This document shows positions 26,092-39,590 of a DNA stretch of 64,000 nt, piece after piece; within the stretch, counting starts at the first letter, position 1; the number at the start of each line of letters is the position of its first letter. Position numbers and translations under genes: made by a program. The notes under the pieces were generated by a model, which was not told the origin of the DNA, ran no database searches, and was given only the letters and a program-made list of their open reading frames with translations. Origin of the DNA: Octopus sinensis (taxonomy: Eukaryota). The stretch covers positions 26,784,001 through 26,848,000 of the forward strand of contig NC_043012.1 in the NCBI RefSeq assembly GCF_006345805.1. The letters run 5' to 3'.

Positions 26092-26143
26092 CATATATAT
26101 ATATATATAAGCATATAGCATGGACTCTCTTTATTATAAAAAA

Positions 26144-26190
26144 TTTTTTTTGATAAGGTTCGTTATTTCAAGAACCGAAACATGTTAAAT
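26144..26190 (+). ncRNA. Degenerate minimal hammerhead motif in a short (TA)n-bounded insert
   Basis: ttt TTGATAA ggttc...gaacc GAAA catg TT aaa. Perfect helix II, two core transitions. Confidence 0.45.
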
Positions 26191-26231
26191 TAAATTTTCT
26201 AATATAGCGGCATTTTCAAACTTCATTTTTT

Positions 26232-26291
<60 letters not shown>

Positions 26292-26366
26292 ATATATATA
26301 TACATGTATATCTTCATATACGTATATATGAATATATAAGTATATATATGTATATGTGAATGGTGA

Positions 26367-26398
<32 letters not shown>

Positions 26399-26854
26399 AT
26401 GTGTCTATGTACGAATGCAGGGATCTATGTATGCATGTGTGTATGTATATATGTAACAATCTGTCCATATCTATCTATCTATATTTATATCCACATATAT
26501 ATACATATATATATATAAACATACATACATGCATGCGTGCATACATAATACTTATATACAGATACACAATCGGTCGTGTTCTAGTAGGAGTACGAATATC
26601 GCCTCCAAGAATTTTGGAGATGGTTCCAGCAAATTTGTTAACAGAGACAATTAAGAAAATCTCCGCCACAGAATTGACAATGAGAAACAAACTGTGCAAA
26701 TACTTAAGAAAATACAAGTAGTATATATTCTACAGAAAAAATAATGATAATTTCATAAACGGCAACTAACAAATTAGTCGCAATGATGCCAGTAATATAA
26801 GGATTTTGAAGGCGGTGAACTGGTAGAGGCATGATGGGCTAAATTATTATGGTA

Positions 26855-27070
26855 TTTTCTCTTTTACTCTTTTACTTATTTCAGTCATTTGACTGCGGCC
26901 ATGCTGGAGCATCGCCTTTAGTCGAGAAAATCTACCCCGGGACTTATTCTTTGTAAGCCTAGTACTTATTCTATCCGTCTCTTTTGCCGAACTGCTAGGT
27001 GACCGGGACGTAAACACACCAGCATCGATTGTCAAGTGATGTTGGGGTCACAAACACAGACACACAAACA
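26855..27070 (-). mobile_element. SINE family B, 3' half
   Basis: cagtcatttgactgcggccatgctggagc... homology. Confidence 0.85.
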
Positions 27071-27084
27071 TATACACACATACG

Positions 27085-27125
<41 letters not shown>

Positions 27126-27644
27126 ATAAGTATGTATGTATAGGGGGAGAATTCACAAAAAAAAGACGAAGACAGGTGGTGTAGACAACAAACAGATGTA
27201 TTAGTTTAACGCTCGGGAATGAAAAAGTCTTTCACGTTTGAAGCGTGGTCGACTCTTTAGACTCTAGTCCGAAGACAAATTCATATATACATATTATATA
27301 GTAAAAATAAGAATGGAAATGCATTTCAGCATGAATCATTAGATATTTACTTTCATAATGATTTACCACGTGGTGTTTTCACGAACTTTTTCAATGAAAT
27401 ATACATCTTTTTATGGATTTATACGTCTCATGCAATATTTTCATCAATTTGATCTCCTGGATTTCAGCTGCATAGCACTCTACAATATGCTCCATCGCAT
27501 TGAATTACTATGTGGTATGGTAGCCGGGTCTGCTAGAGGAGCTTTCTGTGAGAGTGACAAGATTCCATGAATATTTGTATCTGCCTGGATTTATTAATTA
27601 TTTATATATATATAATGTGTGTGCATGTGTGTGTGTACGTACAC

Positions 27645-27687
<43 letters not shown>

Positions 27688-28152
27688 CAGGCGTGGCTGT
27701 GTGGTAAGAAGCTCCAGTCTTAATCCATTTTCAGTGATTTGCTAGAATGATCACTAGGGATCCAAAGATGTACTATATTATTATAACATAGATATTCAAC
27801 AAATGTAAAATGCAACCCAAACCAATGAAGAGATGTGTGTGTGGTGTGTGTGGTGTATCATGGTATATGTGTAGGAAAATAATATTAAAATATATTTTGC
27901 AAAAAGCAAGCATTATCTTATATAGAATTCGGCACGATTGTTAGATATAATTATTTTATCAAGAAATCGATATAATGACTGCGAATACAGGCACACACAC
28001 ATACACACACACACGCACACACACAAACGCACGCAAACACACACACACTTACACCAGTGGATCGATCACAGATTAGAGAGCCAAAAAACTTGCTTCATCC
28101 AGAATACTAGCAGCTGAAAACCATGATGAAGTGACCTTCGTCTTTAGTATTA

Positions 28153-28383
28153 CCTATTTCTTTATTACCCACAAGGGGCTAAACACAGATGGGACAAACA
28201 AGGACAGACATAGGTATTAAGTCGATTACATCGACCCCAGTGCGTAACTGGTACTTAATTTATCGACCCCGAAAGGATGAAAGGCAAAGTCGACCTCGGC
28301 GGAATTTGAACTCACAACGTAACGCAGACGAAATACCGCTAAGCATTTCGCCCGGCGTGCTAACGTTTCTGCCAGCTCGCCGT
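28153..28383 (-). mobile_element. SINE family A, full length, tail type 2
   Basis: Complete head, core and tail. The sequence tctttagtattacc is duplicated at 28141 and 28383 (candidate target-site duplication). Confidence 0.9.
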
Positions 28384-28469
28384 CTTTAGTATTACCGTTT
28401 CACCGTTGCATCGCTTTGAAACAAGAATAGAAGTACTGACTGACAAAAAAGAATTATTCTTTTATTCTT

Positions 28470-28875
28470 TCTTTTACTTATTTCAGTCATTTGACTGCAG
28501 CCATGCTAGAGCCCAATCTTTAGTCGAACAAATCGACCCCAGGACTTATTCTTTGTAAGTCTAGTACTTATTATATCGGTCTCTTTTTGCCGAACCGCTA
28601 TTTTACGGGAACTATATACACCAACATCATTCGTCAAACGATGATGGGGCGGGGCAAAGACAGACTCAAATAATAAATATATATGTGTGTGTGAGAGTGT
28701 GCGTGTGAGTTTGTGTGTTGTATGTATGACGGCTTCTTTAGTTTTCGTCTACCAAATCCATTCACAAGACTTTGGTCGGCCCGTGGCTATAGTAGAAGAC
28801 ACTTGCCCAAGGTGCCACACAGTGGGACTGAACACGGAACCATGTGGTTGGGAAGCAAGCTTCTTACTACACAGC
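28470..28875 (-). mobile_element. SINE family B, near full length
   Basis: Homology to 13617-14027. Confidence 0.85.
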
Positions 28876-31244
28876 CAAAATAAAATTTTAAAATAGATAA
28901 TATCGTGTGACTAAAAGAAAAAAAGATAAACCCACAAAAAAGGTTCTATGAGACACGGGATGGAGAGCCGGCCCCACATCCAACGGCAAGGAAACATAGC
29001 TAGTCAAGGTTCATCGACCTGCTAAATGATTCGGAAGAAGACCCTGCAGGCAATGTGATGGATGAGGAGTATCAGAAATGGAAGGTGTATGTGTATGTGT
29101 GTTTGTGCGTGCGTGTGTGTGTGTGCGTGCGTGCGTCTGTGTGTGTGTATGGGATGAGATCGTAAGATCTCCAAGCTAGAAAGGGGTTACCCATTCGAGC
29201 AATCAGAACAGACTTAAATATATGGGATTACTTAAATGGCCCCGATCGGTTGTTGTCCCCTATTGGGGCTTCTACTTTCGTGAGTTTTGTACACTTTTTT
29301 TTCATTTCTTACCCCTTATTTCATTATCGACTCTCTACAAATTCCCCTCCTACGGATTTTGTACACTGTTCTTGATTTTTCCTCTCTATTCATCGCCTTA
29401 GCATCATCATCCTCATCATCATCATCATCACCACCACCACTACCCTCATCATTACCACTGTCACCACCACCACCACACCACCACCATCATCACCATCACC
29501 ACCATCATCATTACCATTATCAACCATATCATCATCATTGTCGTCGCCTTCGTCGTCGTTGTCGTCGTCGTCATCGCCGTCGTCTTCATCATCATCATCG
29601 TCATCACTATAATTATCATTACCACTATCGCCATCATCGCCATCATAGTCATAGTCGTTATCATCATTAACATCATCATCATGATGGCCATTGATGTTAT
29701 ACAATTTTTTTCGGAAGCAAAAAAAAAATTACCAGATAAAAGAGTTTATATTATCACAAATATTCGCATGCAGATAACTTTATACGTTTTGAACTCTTAT
29801 CATTATTTTCCTTTCGTGTCAGCGATAAACACAAAGTGATCATAAAACATCTCACGCTACTTCCTAAAACGGAAGCTAGAAATGTGAAAAATAGTACAAC
29901 TTCACACAAATAAACAAGCAGAATCACTTTTGTTGATTTAATTACAAAGCAAAATATTAATAACATGAATGGAGAGAACATGGAGGTATTTTAACTCAGT
30001 CGACTAAAGATCATCAACAATAATAACAACATGAATATTTTGTATCGTTTTGGGCGTACACGTTATCAAAGATAAATTTACATTTTGCTAATGTTTTGTC
30101 CAACTGGAAACTCTCGATATGAAACATTTTCCCGGGAGATCAAAGGTTTGGCGACATTTTGTGCACTAATGTGAGACCGGACTTGCACATGCGATTACTG
30201 AGGCCAGTGAGAGGAGAAAAATAATGTACGTATGTGTCGAAAAGTCTCAACTGGATTTCAGTTCTTATTCAAAATTGAATTGAAGATAGCTCTGGGAGAT
30301 ATTTTTGAATGAAATATGCATCACTGGGAGATGGTATATAAAACTATATACATCATCCTTAAGACAGAGGACGGAACGATAACCGAGGCCCAAACAGCAC
30401 GTAGTACACTGGCCAATAGCCTAGTTTCACAGTATATGAAGAGGAGAAACATTAAGGTCAATTTTCCGGACACCAATAATGAGATCACGTTTGTAGTACA
30501 ATATGACCAGGTGATGAGCGCAGATGTAACTTTTAGCAATATGTGGTTGAGTAGGATCACTATGGAAACGCTACCCCACAAGGCCATTTAGGAATAATTA
30601 GAGTTGTGTCTTGTAGGAAACACAGAGGAGAAGATCTTAAAACTCGGCATCCAAAGCAATTGCTAAATATGTAGAAGTAAGTACCATCCAAAAGCTTTCT
30701 GCATACAAATTCCAAAAGTAAAGAAAAGCAACAGTAACAAACTATGGAGTCTGTCCAATCTGGAAGAAGTTTTGAGTCGGCAAATAAAGCTTGCCTTTTC
30801 TCATAAGCATAAGCGACACCCAGCATAAGGGACGCGCAGTTAAAATAGTAGTAACGTCGGTTCCCATGGAACAGACATGTTTAAGTGGCGATAACCATTA
30901 CTTCACAAAATAGTTACTGCCTTCATCTCTTATAGAGAATTTCAAACTAGCTAATTTGCTTGTTGCAAGATCAGTGACTGAGTGTCACTTATTTTCTATA
31001 TACTGCGAGCTGAAGTCAACTACAGCTGTCTCTGGCGGACGAGTATCCACCACTGAGAATAAACTCAAAGAGCTCGAAACCGTACGGTGGTCTCGAGGCC
31101 GGAAGATGGTAGGGTTACCTGCTTGCAATATATATCGGGTGCATATTGCATCGAAAGTCTAACCGGAAGGGACGCGTTCCTCGGGTTAGAATGGTAATAA
31201 CGCCAGTTGCTATGGAACAGCCATGTTTAAGTGATGATGACCAT

Positions 31245-31790
31245 TGCGTGAGGGAGCAGTGCATGTCATCAAAGTAACACTGGAGTAAAATATACTAATC
31301 TCAGTATACCCATCATAAACTACACGTCTGATAAGGGTACACTAGTCACATGCATCATAACCATATATGCGCGACATCAAGATAAACAGCACATGACCTT
31401 CCAGGTGGGACCCAGTTAGAATTTTCGTCTGGTTGAGTAACCTATCCCGTTCAAAAGGTTCCTGAGTAAGGGTTGTTTAAGGATATCGAACGTAACACCC
31501 ATGTTTCCAGAGGTGAATTATTCAAACCCCAAAGAATTCTTCCCAACACATGCCTATGATACTCCCCCACTACTTCTGCTCGTGATCAGAGATGCATATA
31601 TCGTCGGCCACTAAGGGAACATGGTCAACTGGTTAAGGTAAAAAAACTGACAAGCAAATCTGTGGTATTGAGCAGAATATTTGCTGTAGCTTATTTTTAT
31701 ACCAAGACAAAATAATGTACATGATAACACTTCCAATCAGTTAAGATCAGAAGCCATGAGACCCACTGTATGGTACTGCATCAGGGCATT
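31245..31790 (-). mobile_element. ~545-bp non-coding (TAA)n-associated retroposed element, longest copy
   Basis: Homologous copies at 31815, 35870, 37987 and 49829. One end is shared and the other is variably truncated. Confidence 0.75.
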
Positions 31791-31814
31791 TATTATCATT
31801 ATTATTATTATTAT

Positions 31815-32151
31815 TGAGTGAGAGAGCAGTTTATGCCATCAAAGTGACACTGGGGTAAAATATACGAAGCCCAATATACCCATCATGACTACCCGTCTGA
31901 TAAAGGTACACCAGGCACATGCATCACAACCATATGTGCGCGACATGGTGATCTCATATCAAGATAAACAGCACATGACCTTGCAGGTGGGGCCCAGTTA
32001 GAATTTTCTTCAGGTTGAGTAGCCCATCCCGCTCAAACGGTCCCTGAATAAGGTTGTTTAAGGATGTTGAAGAACCACCATGTTTCCAGAGGTGAACTAT
32101 TCAAACCCCAAAGAATCCCTCTCACACATGGCTATGATGCTCCCCCACTAC

Positions 32152-32153
<2 letters not shown>
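31815..32153 (-). mobile_element. (TAA)n-associated non-coding element, truncated copy
   Basis: Starts (tta)n|tgagtgagagagcag and ends in (tta)n. Confidence 0.8.
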
Positions 32154-32200
<47 letters not shown>

Positions 32201-32322
32201 CATTCATCATCATATCATCATCATCATCGTCGTCGTCGTCGTCGTCGTCTATCATCATCATCATTATCATTATCATCATCATCATCACCATCATAATCCT
32301 CATCATCATCATCACATCATCA

Positions 32323-32364
<42 letters not shown>

Positions 32365-32523
32365 TCATCATCATCATCATCATCATCATTATCATCACCA
32401 TCATTATCATCATCATCATCATCATCATCATTATCATCATCATCATCATCACCACCATAACCATCATAATCATCATCATCATCATCATCATTATTATCAT
32501 CATCATCATTATCATTATTATTA

Positions 32524-32594
<71 letters not shown>

Positions 32595-33088
32595 GTTATT
32601 TAATCGATCACTAATAATTAAGTATAAGTAAATACTCAGCTTTTATTACTACACAATAGCATTTATATACGCACTCTCACACTCATTCACACACAAATGC
32701 GCACATATGCACAGACAGAGACAGACACACAAGCACACACACGTACACACACACGCACACACTTTGTTAGGTAGTTCGAGGTTGTTGCAAATGAACGGAC
32801 AATTAAATGCCTTTGCTAATGAAGGGTGAGATATTCCCAGGAAAGTGTTACAACATGAGGAAAACTGTGATATTACGATGAAGTGTGGAAGTCACGGTGA
32901 TCTGAACGCGGTAACAAGCCGAGGGAATATACCACATTCAATACACAGCCACACATATCATCACCAATATCAGCAGCCAGCAGTGGCAGCAGTGGAAGCA
33001 GCGCCATGCTCATCATCATCATCGTCATCATCATCATCATCACTATCATCTCCATCAGCAGCAGCACCATGACCACCATGCTCATCAC

Positions 33089-33134
<46 letters not shown>

Positions 33135-33167
33135 GTCATCATCATCACCACAACCACCACCATCATT

Positions 33168-33205
<38 letters not shown>

Positions 33206-33206
33206 T

Positions 33207-33290
<84 letters not shown>

Positions 33291-33323
33291 GTCATCATCA
33301 TCACCACAACCACCACCATCATT

Positions 33324-33367
<44 letters not shown>

Positions 33368-33368
33368 T

Positions 33369-33401
<33 letters not shown>

Positions 33402-33920
33402 TGCAACACCATCACCACCACCACTATGCTCATCATTATCATCATCACCACCACCACCGTCGTCATCATCATCATCATCATCATCATCTGCAACACCATC
33501 ACCACCACTATGCTCATCATTATCATCATCACCACCACCACCGTCGTCATCATCATCATCATCATCATCATCTGCAACACCATCACCACCACTAAGCTCA
33601 TCATTAATCATCATCACCACCACCACCGTCGTCATCATCATCACCATCATCATAGCAGCAGCAGCAGCAGCAGTAGTGACAGTAGCAGTATGACTATAAT
33701 CACGCTCATACTCACACTCATCATCATCATCATCATAGTCATCGTCATTATTACCATCATCATCATCATCGTCGTCGTCATTATCATCATCATCATCATT
33801 AGCAACAGTAGCAACAGCAGCATTATGACTACAATCACGACTACACTCGTCACCATTATCATTATCATCATCATTATCGCAGTCATAATCATCATCGTCG
33901 TCGTCGTCGTCTTCATCATC
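32154..33920. repeat. Compound (TTA)n/(CAT)n/(CGT)n trinucleotide tracts with higher-order ~85-bp duplications (33400-33600)
   Basis: Seen directly. tctgcaacaccatcaccacc occurs three times. A less repetitive stretch lies at 32605-32950. Confidence 0.9.
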
Positions 33921-33925
33921 TTTAA

Positions 33926-34334
33926 TACCTATTTCTTTACTACCCACAAGGGGCTAAACACAGAGAGGACAATCAAGGACAGACAAACGGATGAAGTCGA
34001 CTATATCGACTCCAGTGCGTAACTGGTACTTATTTAATCGACCCCGAAAGGATGAAAGGCAAAGTGGACCTCGGCGGAATTTGAACTCACAACGTAGCGG
34101 CAGGCGAAATACATATTTCTTTACTACCCACAAGGGGTTAAACACAGAGAGGACAAACAAACGGATTAAGTCGATTACATCGACCCCAGTGCGTAACTGG
34201 TACTTAATTTATCGACCCCGAAAGGATGAAAGGCAAAGTTGACCTCGGCGGAATTTGAACTCAGAACGTAGTGGCAGACGAAATACGTCTACGCATTTCG
34301 CCCGGTGTGCTAACGTTTCTGCCAGTTCGCCGCC
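33926..34334 (-). mobile_element. SINE family A dimer (both units with tail type 2)
   Basis: The core and tail are repeated, with the junction at gaaatac|atatttc (about 34110). Confidence 0.9.
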
Positions 34335-34929
34335 TAATTATTATTATTATTATTGTTGTTGTTGTTGTTGTTGTTGTTGTTATTACGTTTCTCGTTGACA
34401 GATGATTTTATAGTTCTTTAAATGTACATTTATTCGTCAATATTGAGGAAAATACTCTATTAATACGGATGACAGATAATATGAAAACAGAGCTGTCTAT
34501 TGTCCGACGAAATACGGCTACGCATTTCGCCCGGTGTGCTAACGTTTTCGCCAGTTCGCGGCAGGCGAAATACCGCTAAGCATTTCGCCCGGCGTGCTAA
34601 CGTTTCTGCAAGCTCGCCATACAGTCGTCATCGTCATCATCGCCGTCGTCGTCATCGACGTCAATGTCGTTATTCTCATCATCATCATCATCATCATCGT
34701 CATCATCGTCATCATCACCATGATCCTCACTATAGATTGTGATGCGTGTTTCTAACTGAGCCAATCCCGGACAATAGACAGCTCTGTTTTGATATTATCT
34801 GTCATCCGTATTAATAGAGTATTTTCCTCAATATTGATGAATAAATGTACATTTAAAGAACTATAAAATCATCTGTCAACGAGAAACGTAATAACAACAA
34901 CAACAACAACAACAATAATAATAATAATG

Positions 34930-34999
<70 letters not shown>

Positions 35000-35848
35000 G
35001 CATCTTAATGGCAAATACCCAAAGAGAGTTAATAGTGCCGATGTTGACAAAGCCCTTAAACATCAATGGTTAATGGCTTCTGGCTTAAAATCAGAAACCA
35101 AAGGGTTTATCATAGCAGCCCAAGATCAATGCATACCTACGAGAAACTACCAGGCCAACATATTAAAGAACGGCAACTGCCCAACATGACGTGTTTGTCA
35201 ACAGCAAAATGAAACCATTGATCATGTTGTCTCCTTGTGTAGTCTTCTTGCGCCTACAGAATATCTCAACAGGTATGATAGAGCTGCACAATATATTCAT
35301 TGGATAATTTGCAAAACCCTGAACTTGGTGGAAATACAAACTGGTGGGAAAAAAACCCACCTCAAGTGCTTGAAAATGATCTCATTTCACTCCTCTGGAA
35401 CTTCACTATTCAAACTGACAGAAAGATAGATGCGAGTAGGCCAGACATTATATTGAAAGACTTCAGACAAAAATCATGCCTCCTCATTGATATGACTGTC
35501 CCAATCGACAGAAATGTATCTGTAAAGAATTACCAAAAACTGAGCATGTATAAAAATCTTGAAATAGAAATTGTCAAAATGTGGAACCAGAAGACTAAAA
35601 CAATACCTGTTGTCATAGATGCCCTAGCAATGATTGCAAAAGGGGCTGACATCTACCAAGCTCAGATACCAGGGAACCCCCAAAATTCAAAAGATAGTGT
35701 ACATGAGAACTGCCCATATCCTTCGTAAAATACTGTCTATGTAGTATCAGGCATAACCCCAACTTGAACTTCTAACTTGTCTCTTGAGGCCTCTGGGTGA
35801 GACTTAGATTCAACTTGTACAAATACAAAGCAAAATTGAAACATATAA
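35000..35848 (+). mobile_element. 5'-truncated R4/Dong-like RLE LINE fragment, decayed
   Basis: Translation ISLLWNFTIQTDRKIDASRPDIILKD...LLIDMTVPID...KTIPVVI. Homologous to 36105-37050. Begins immediately after (TAA)n. Confidence 0.88.
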
Positions 35849-36037
35849 ATACGATAATTTTTTTCATGTCGAGTGCTCAAGAGATTCCTGAATAACAGTT
35901 GTTTAAGGACGTTGAAAGAAACACCCATGTTCCCAGAGGTGAATTATTCTTCAAACCCGCAAGAATTTCTTTCAACACACGGCTATCATGACCCCCACTA
36001 CTTCTGCTCGTGATCGGTGATACACATATCGTCAAAC

Positions 36038-36104
<67 letters not shown>

Positions 36105-36105
<1 letters not shown>

Positions 36106-37944
36106 TATGTTTGACTTTTGCTTTATATTTGTACAAGTTGGCTCCAAGTCTCACCCAGAGACCTCAAGAGACAACAGGGTTTGAAGTTCATGTTGTTGTT
36201 ATGCCTAGTGTGCCATATATTTGGGGGGTGGGGATGTTGTACTAATGAATGTCTAAAAATAAAAGGTTTTTTTTTTTTTTTTTTTAAACTGAAAATTATG
36301 TTTGTTTTAAGCCTTGAGATTACATAGAGAGTATTTTGCGTAGGATATGAGCAGTTCCCATGAGCACTATCTTTTGAACTTCTGCCATTTTTGGGTTTCC
36401 TGGTATCTGAGTTAGGTAGCTATCAGCCCCTTTTGCTATCATTCCCAGGGCACCTATGACAACAGGTATTGTTTTAGTCTTCAGCCTCCACATTTTGCTG
36501 ATTTCTATTTCAAGATCTTTATATTTGCTTAGTTTTTGGTAGGTCTTGACAGATACGTTTATATCGATTGGGGCAGTCATATCAATGAGGAGGCATGTTC
36601 TTTGTTTGAAGTCTTTCAATATGATGTCTGGCCTATTTGCATCTATCTTCCTGTCAGTTTGAATGGTGAAGTTCCAGAGGAGTGAGATGTGGTCATTTTC
36701 AATCACTGGGGGTGGTTTGTGTTCCCACCAGTTTTTTTCATGGGGCAAATCCAGGTTTCTACAGATTACCCAGTGAATATATTGTGCAGCTCTATCGTGC
36801 CTGTTGAGATACTCTGTAGGCGCTAGAAGACTGCACTTGGAGACCACATGGTCAATGGTTTCATTTTGTTGCTTGCATACACGACACGTTGGACTGCTTC
36901 TGTTGGTAGGCATTGATCTTGAGCTGCTATGATAAACCCCTCTGTTTCAGATTTTAAGCCAGAGGCCATTAGCCATTGATGGGTCAGGGCTTTGTCGATA
37001 TCTGCATTATTCGCTCTCTTTGGGTATTTGCCATAGAGAGCTTTTTCTTGCCATTTATTATTCAGAATATCTAAGGCCGCAGTTTTGGCACGGGTTTTCA
37101 TGCGCCTAGCTTTTTCTGTGCTTGTTTCTTGTATATCTATCTCTAATTCCGAAATTGGTTGTATTCGGAATTCACTTAGATATTCCTTTGCCTGTTTTGT
37201 GACTGAGTATGATGCTTTCTTGTTTTCATGTTTTGAGACAAGTTTTAACATCCAGTCCTCAGAGTTTTTCAGGTAGGTGTCTAGGCCAATTGTAGCAATC
37301 TTCATTGTTATTGCCAGTTGCAAAAGACCACGGCCTCCCTCTTTTCTTGACAGATAGAGTCGTTCTGTATCTGCCTTAGGGTGGTGCATTCTATGCATTG
37401 TCAACAGTTTCCTTATTTTTCTGTCGAGCTGACATATTTCAGTAATTGACCAGTTAACAATATTGAAACTGAAAGTCACGACTGGTATAGCTAATGCGTT
37501 AATTGCTTCGATCCTGTTTCTTGCATTCAGCTCTGTCTTGAGTATTGCTCTCACTCTTCGATAGCATTCTCTCCTGATTTTCTTCCTCATCTCTGAATGC
37601 CTATTCCGTTCCCTTCAATTACCCCTAGGTACTTGTAGCTCTCCGCTGGGTCTAGTTCTTTTATGACATTCTGTTGGTCAAGGTTAACGTTAGATGTTTC
37701 TGTCATTTTTCCTTTGATAAAGGTAGCCTTTGCACATTTATCGAGGCCGAATTGCATTCTGATGTCGTCACTGAATGGTTTGACTATCGCTAGTAAGCCC
37801 TTGAGTTGTTGATCATTTTTTGCAAAAAGCTTAAAATCATCCATGTAAACGAGATGATTTATATTTTTATCAAACATTTATACCCGTACTGCGCGTCATT
37901 GAGCAGCTTTGAGAGAGGTATTAAGGATAAACAAAAGAGGAGAG
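36105..37944 (-). mobile_element. 5'-truncated R4/Dong-like non-LTR retrotransposon (RT C-half, zinc knuckle, RLE), frameshifted
   Basis: RT motifs LLFCL and HLVYMDDFKLFA; ERLYLSRKEGGRGL; ETEGFIIAAQDQ; CRVC..ETIDHVVSKC; RHD; NRPD..D..K..KY. Found in ORFs 37587-37877, 36823-37590 and 36320-36913. (TAA)n on both sides. Confidence 0.92.
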
Positions 37945-37986
37945 TTATATTATTATTTATTATTATATTATTATTATTATTATTAT

Positions 37987-38452
37987 TGAGTGAGCGAGCA
38001 GAGCATGCCATCAAAGTGACACTGGGGTAAAATATACGAAGCCCAGTATACCCATCATGACTACCCGTCTGATAAGGGTACACCAAGCACATGCATCACA
38101 ACCATATGTGCGCGACATGGTGATCTCATATCAAGATAAACAGCACATGACCTTGCAGGTGGAGCCCAGTTAGAATTTTCTTCAGATCGAGTTACCCATC
38201 CCGCTCAAAAGGTCCCTGAATAAGGGTTGTTTAAGGATGTTGAAAGAACCACCCATGTTTCCAGAGGTGAATTATTCAAACCCCAAAGAATCCCTCTCAA
38301 CACATGGCTATGATGCTCCCCCACTACTTCTGCTCGTGATCAGAGATGCACATATCGTCAGCCACTAAGGGACATGCTCAACTGGTTAAGGTCAAACAAC
38401 TGACAAGGAAATCTGTGGTATTGAGCAGAATATTTGCTGTAGCCCATCTTTT
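37987..38452 (-). mobile_element. (TAA)n-associated non-coding element
   Basis: Homologous to 31245-31700. (tta)n flanks. Confidence 0.8.
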
Positions 38453-39021
38453 TATTATTATTATTATTATTATTATTGTTGTTGTTGTTGTTGTTGTTGT
38501 TATTATTATTATTATTATTATTATTTTATTGCTGTTACTTAACGGCTGTTGAAGACGGTGAGCTATAAATAATAAAGTGTAGCGTTTTACGATAGAAAAA
38601 GATATCTACCTACGTATGTAGAAATGAAACAGGTAGCACAGATGGGCAAAAGGTCACAAACTAGCAGAAATATGCTTTACTTGTCCTCCGACATCATCAT
38701 CCATCACTATATATATATAAACATATATAGAGAGAGAGACAGAGAGAGACAGACAGCAGACAGACAGAGTACTCAAAGAAATCTAGGCGGTATATGATAT
38801 ATATATTTATTTCACCAGTTGATATACATAAGGTTACGATCGTTTTGTAATCTTAAATAGATAATTATATATATGTGTGTATAATATGATGTGTGTGTGT
38901 TGCGCGCGCGTATGTGTGTGCGTGTGTATGTGTGATATATAATATATTATATATATATATATATTATATATATATTATACATATACATATATATATACAT
39001 ATACACATACATATATATATA

Positions 39022-39059
<38 letters not shown>

Positions 39060-39547
39060 ATACATATGCACGTTTTCTCTCTCTCTCTTCTATTTTATCT
39101 CTTGTCAAAAACGTCTCTCGCAGCGTTTACTATTCTCCATTCGCACCGGTCTAACGACCATCCATGTTTGTTTTCGTTCGGTTTCCTTGTATGTTATTGT
39201 TTTGTTCCCAACTCTGACACTCCATAAATCTCAAATATTATTTTAGAATTTATGGGTGCAACTGCCTTTGAAGACTCATATTGTCGTTTGAATGCATAGA
39301 ATGAGGAGTAGAGAGACAGCCGGAAACTGATGAAGAGCCTGTGTAACCTTGTCCTGTTTTTTTATTTTTTCTCGTTGTTTACGTATTTCACTCGTTCCAC
39401 GTGTTGTATCTATCTCTCGTGTGTATGCTATTTGCACCGTTGGTGACGTTCAGTACCCATATATGCATGCATATATATACTAAATTATACTATATTATTC
39501 ATTTATTTAATTGAACGCGATGCGTCAATTCCTAAGTAAGTATATAT

Positions 39548-39590
<43 letters not shown>

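Noticed and set aside
28940-29090. Possible RTE-like ORF end (RFIDLLND...)
   Set aside because: The similarity is too short and frameshifted to support a call.
31047-31091. Hammerhead-like CTGAGAA...GAAA ccgtacgg
   Set aside because: The core is wrong and there is no valid UH cleavage site. Too degenerate to call.
32064-34022. Long ORFs (179-338 aa) of poly-I, poly-M and poly-D
   Set aside because: They are translations of stop-free (CAT)n tracts, open in several frames on both strands, with no coding evidence.
39325-39350. CTGATGAagag in a TA-flanked insert
   Set aside because: No helix II closure or GAAA follows.
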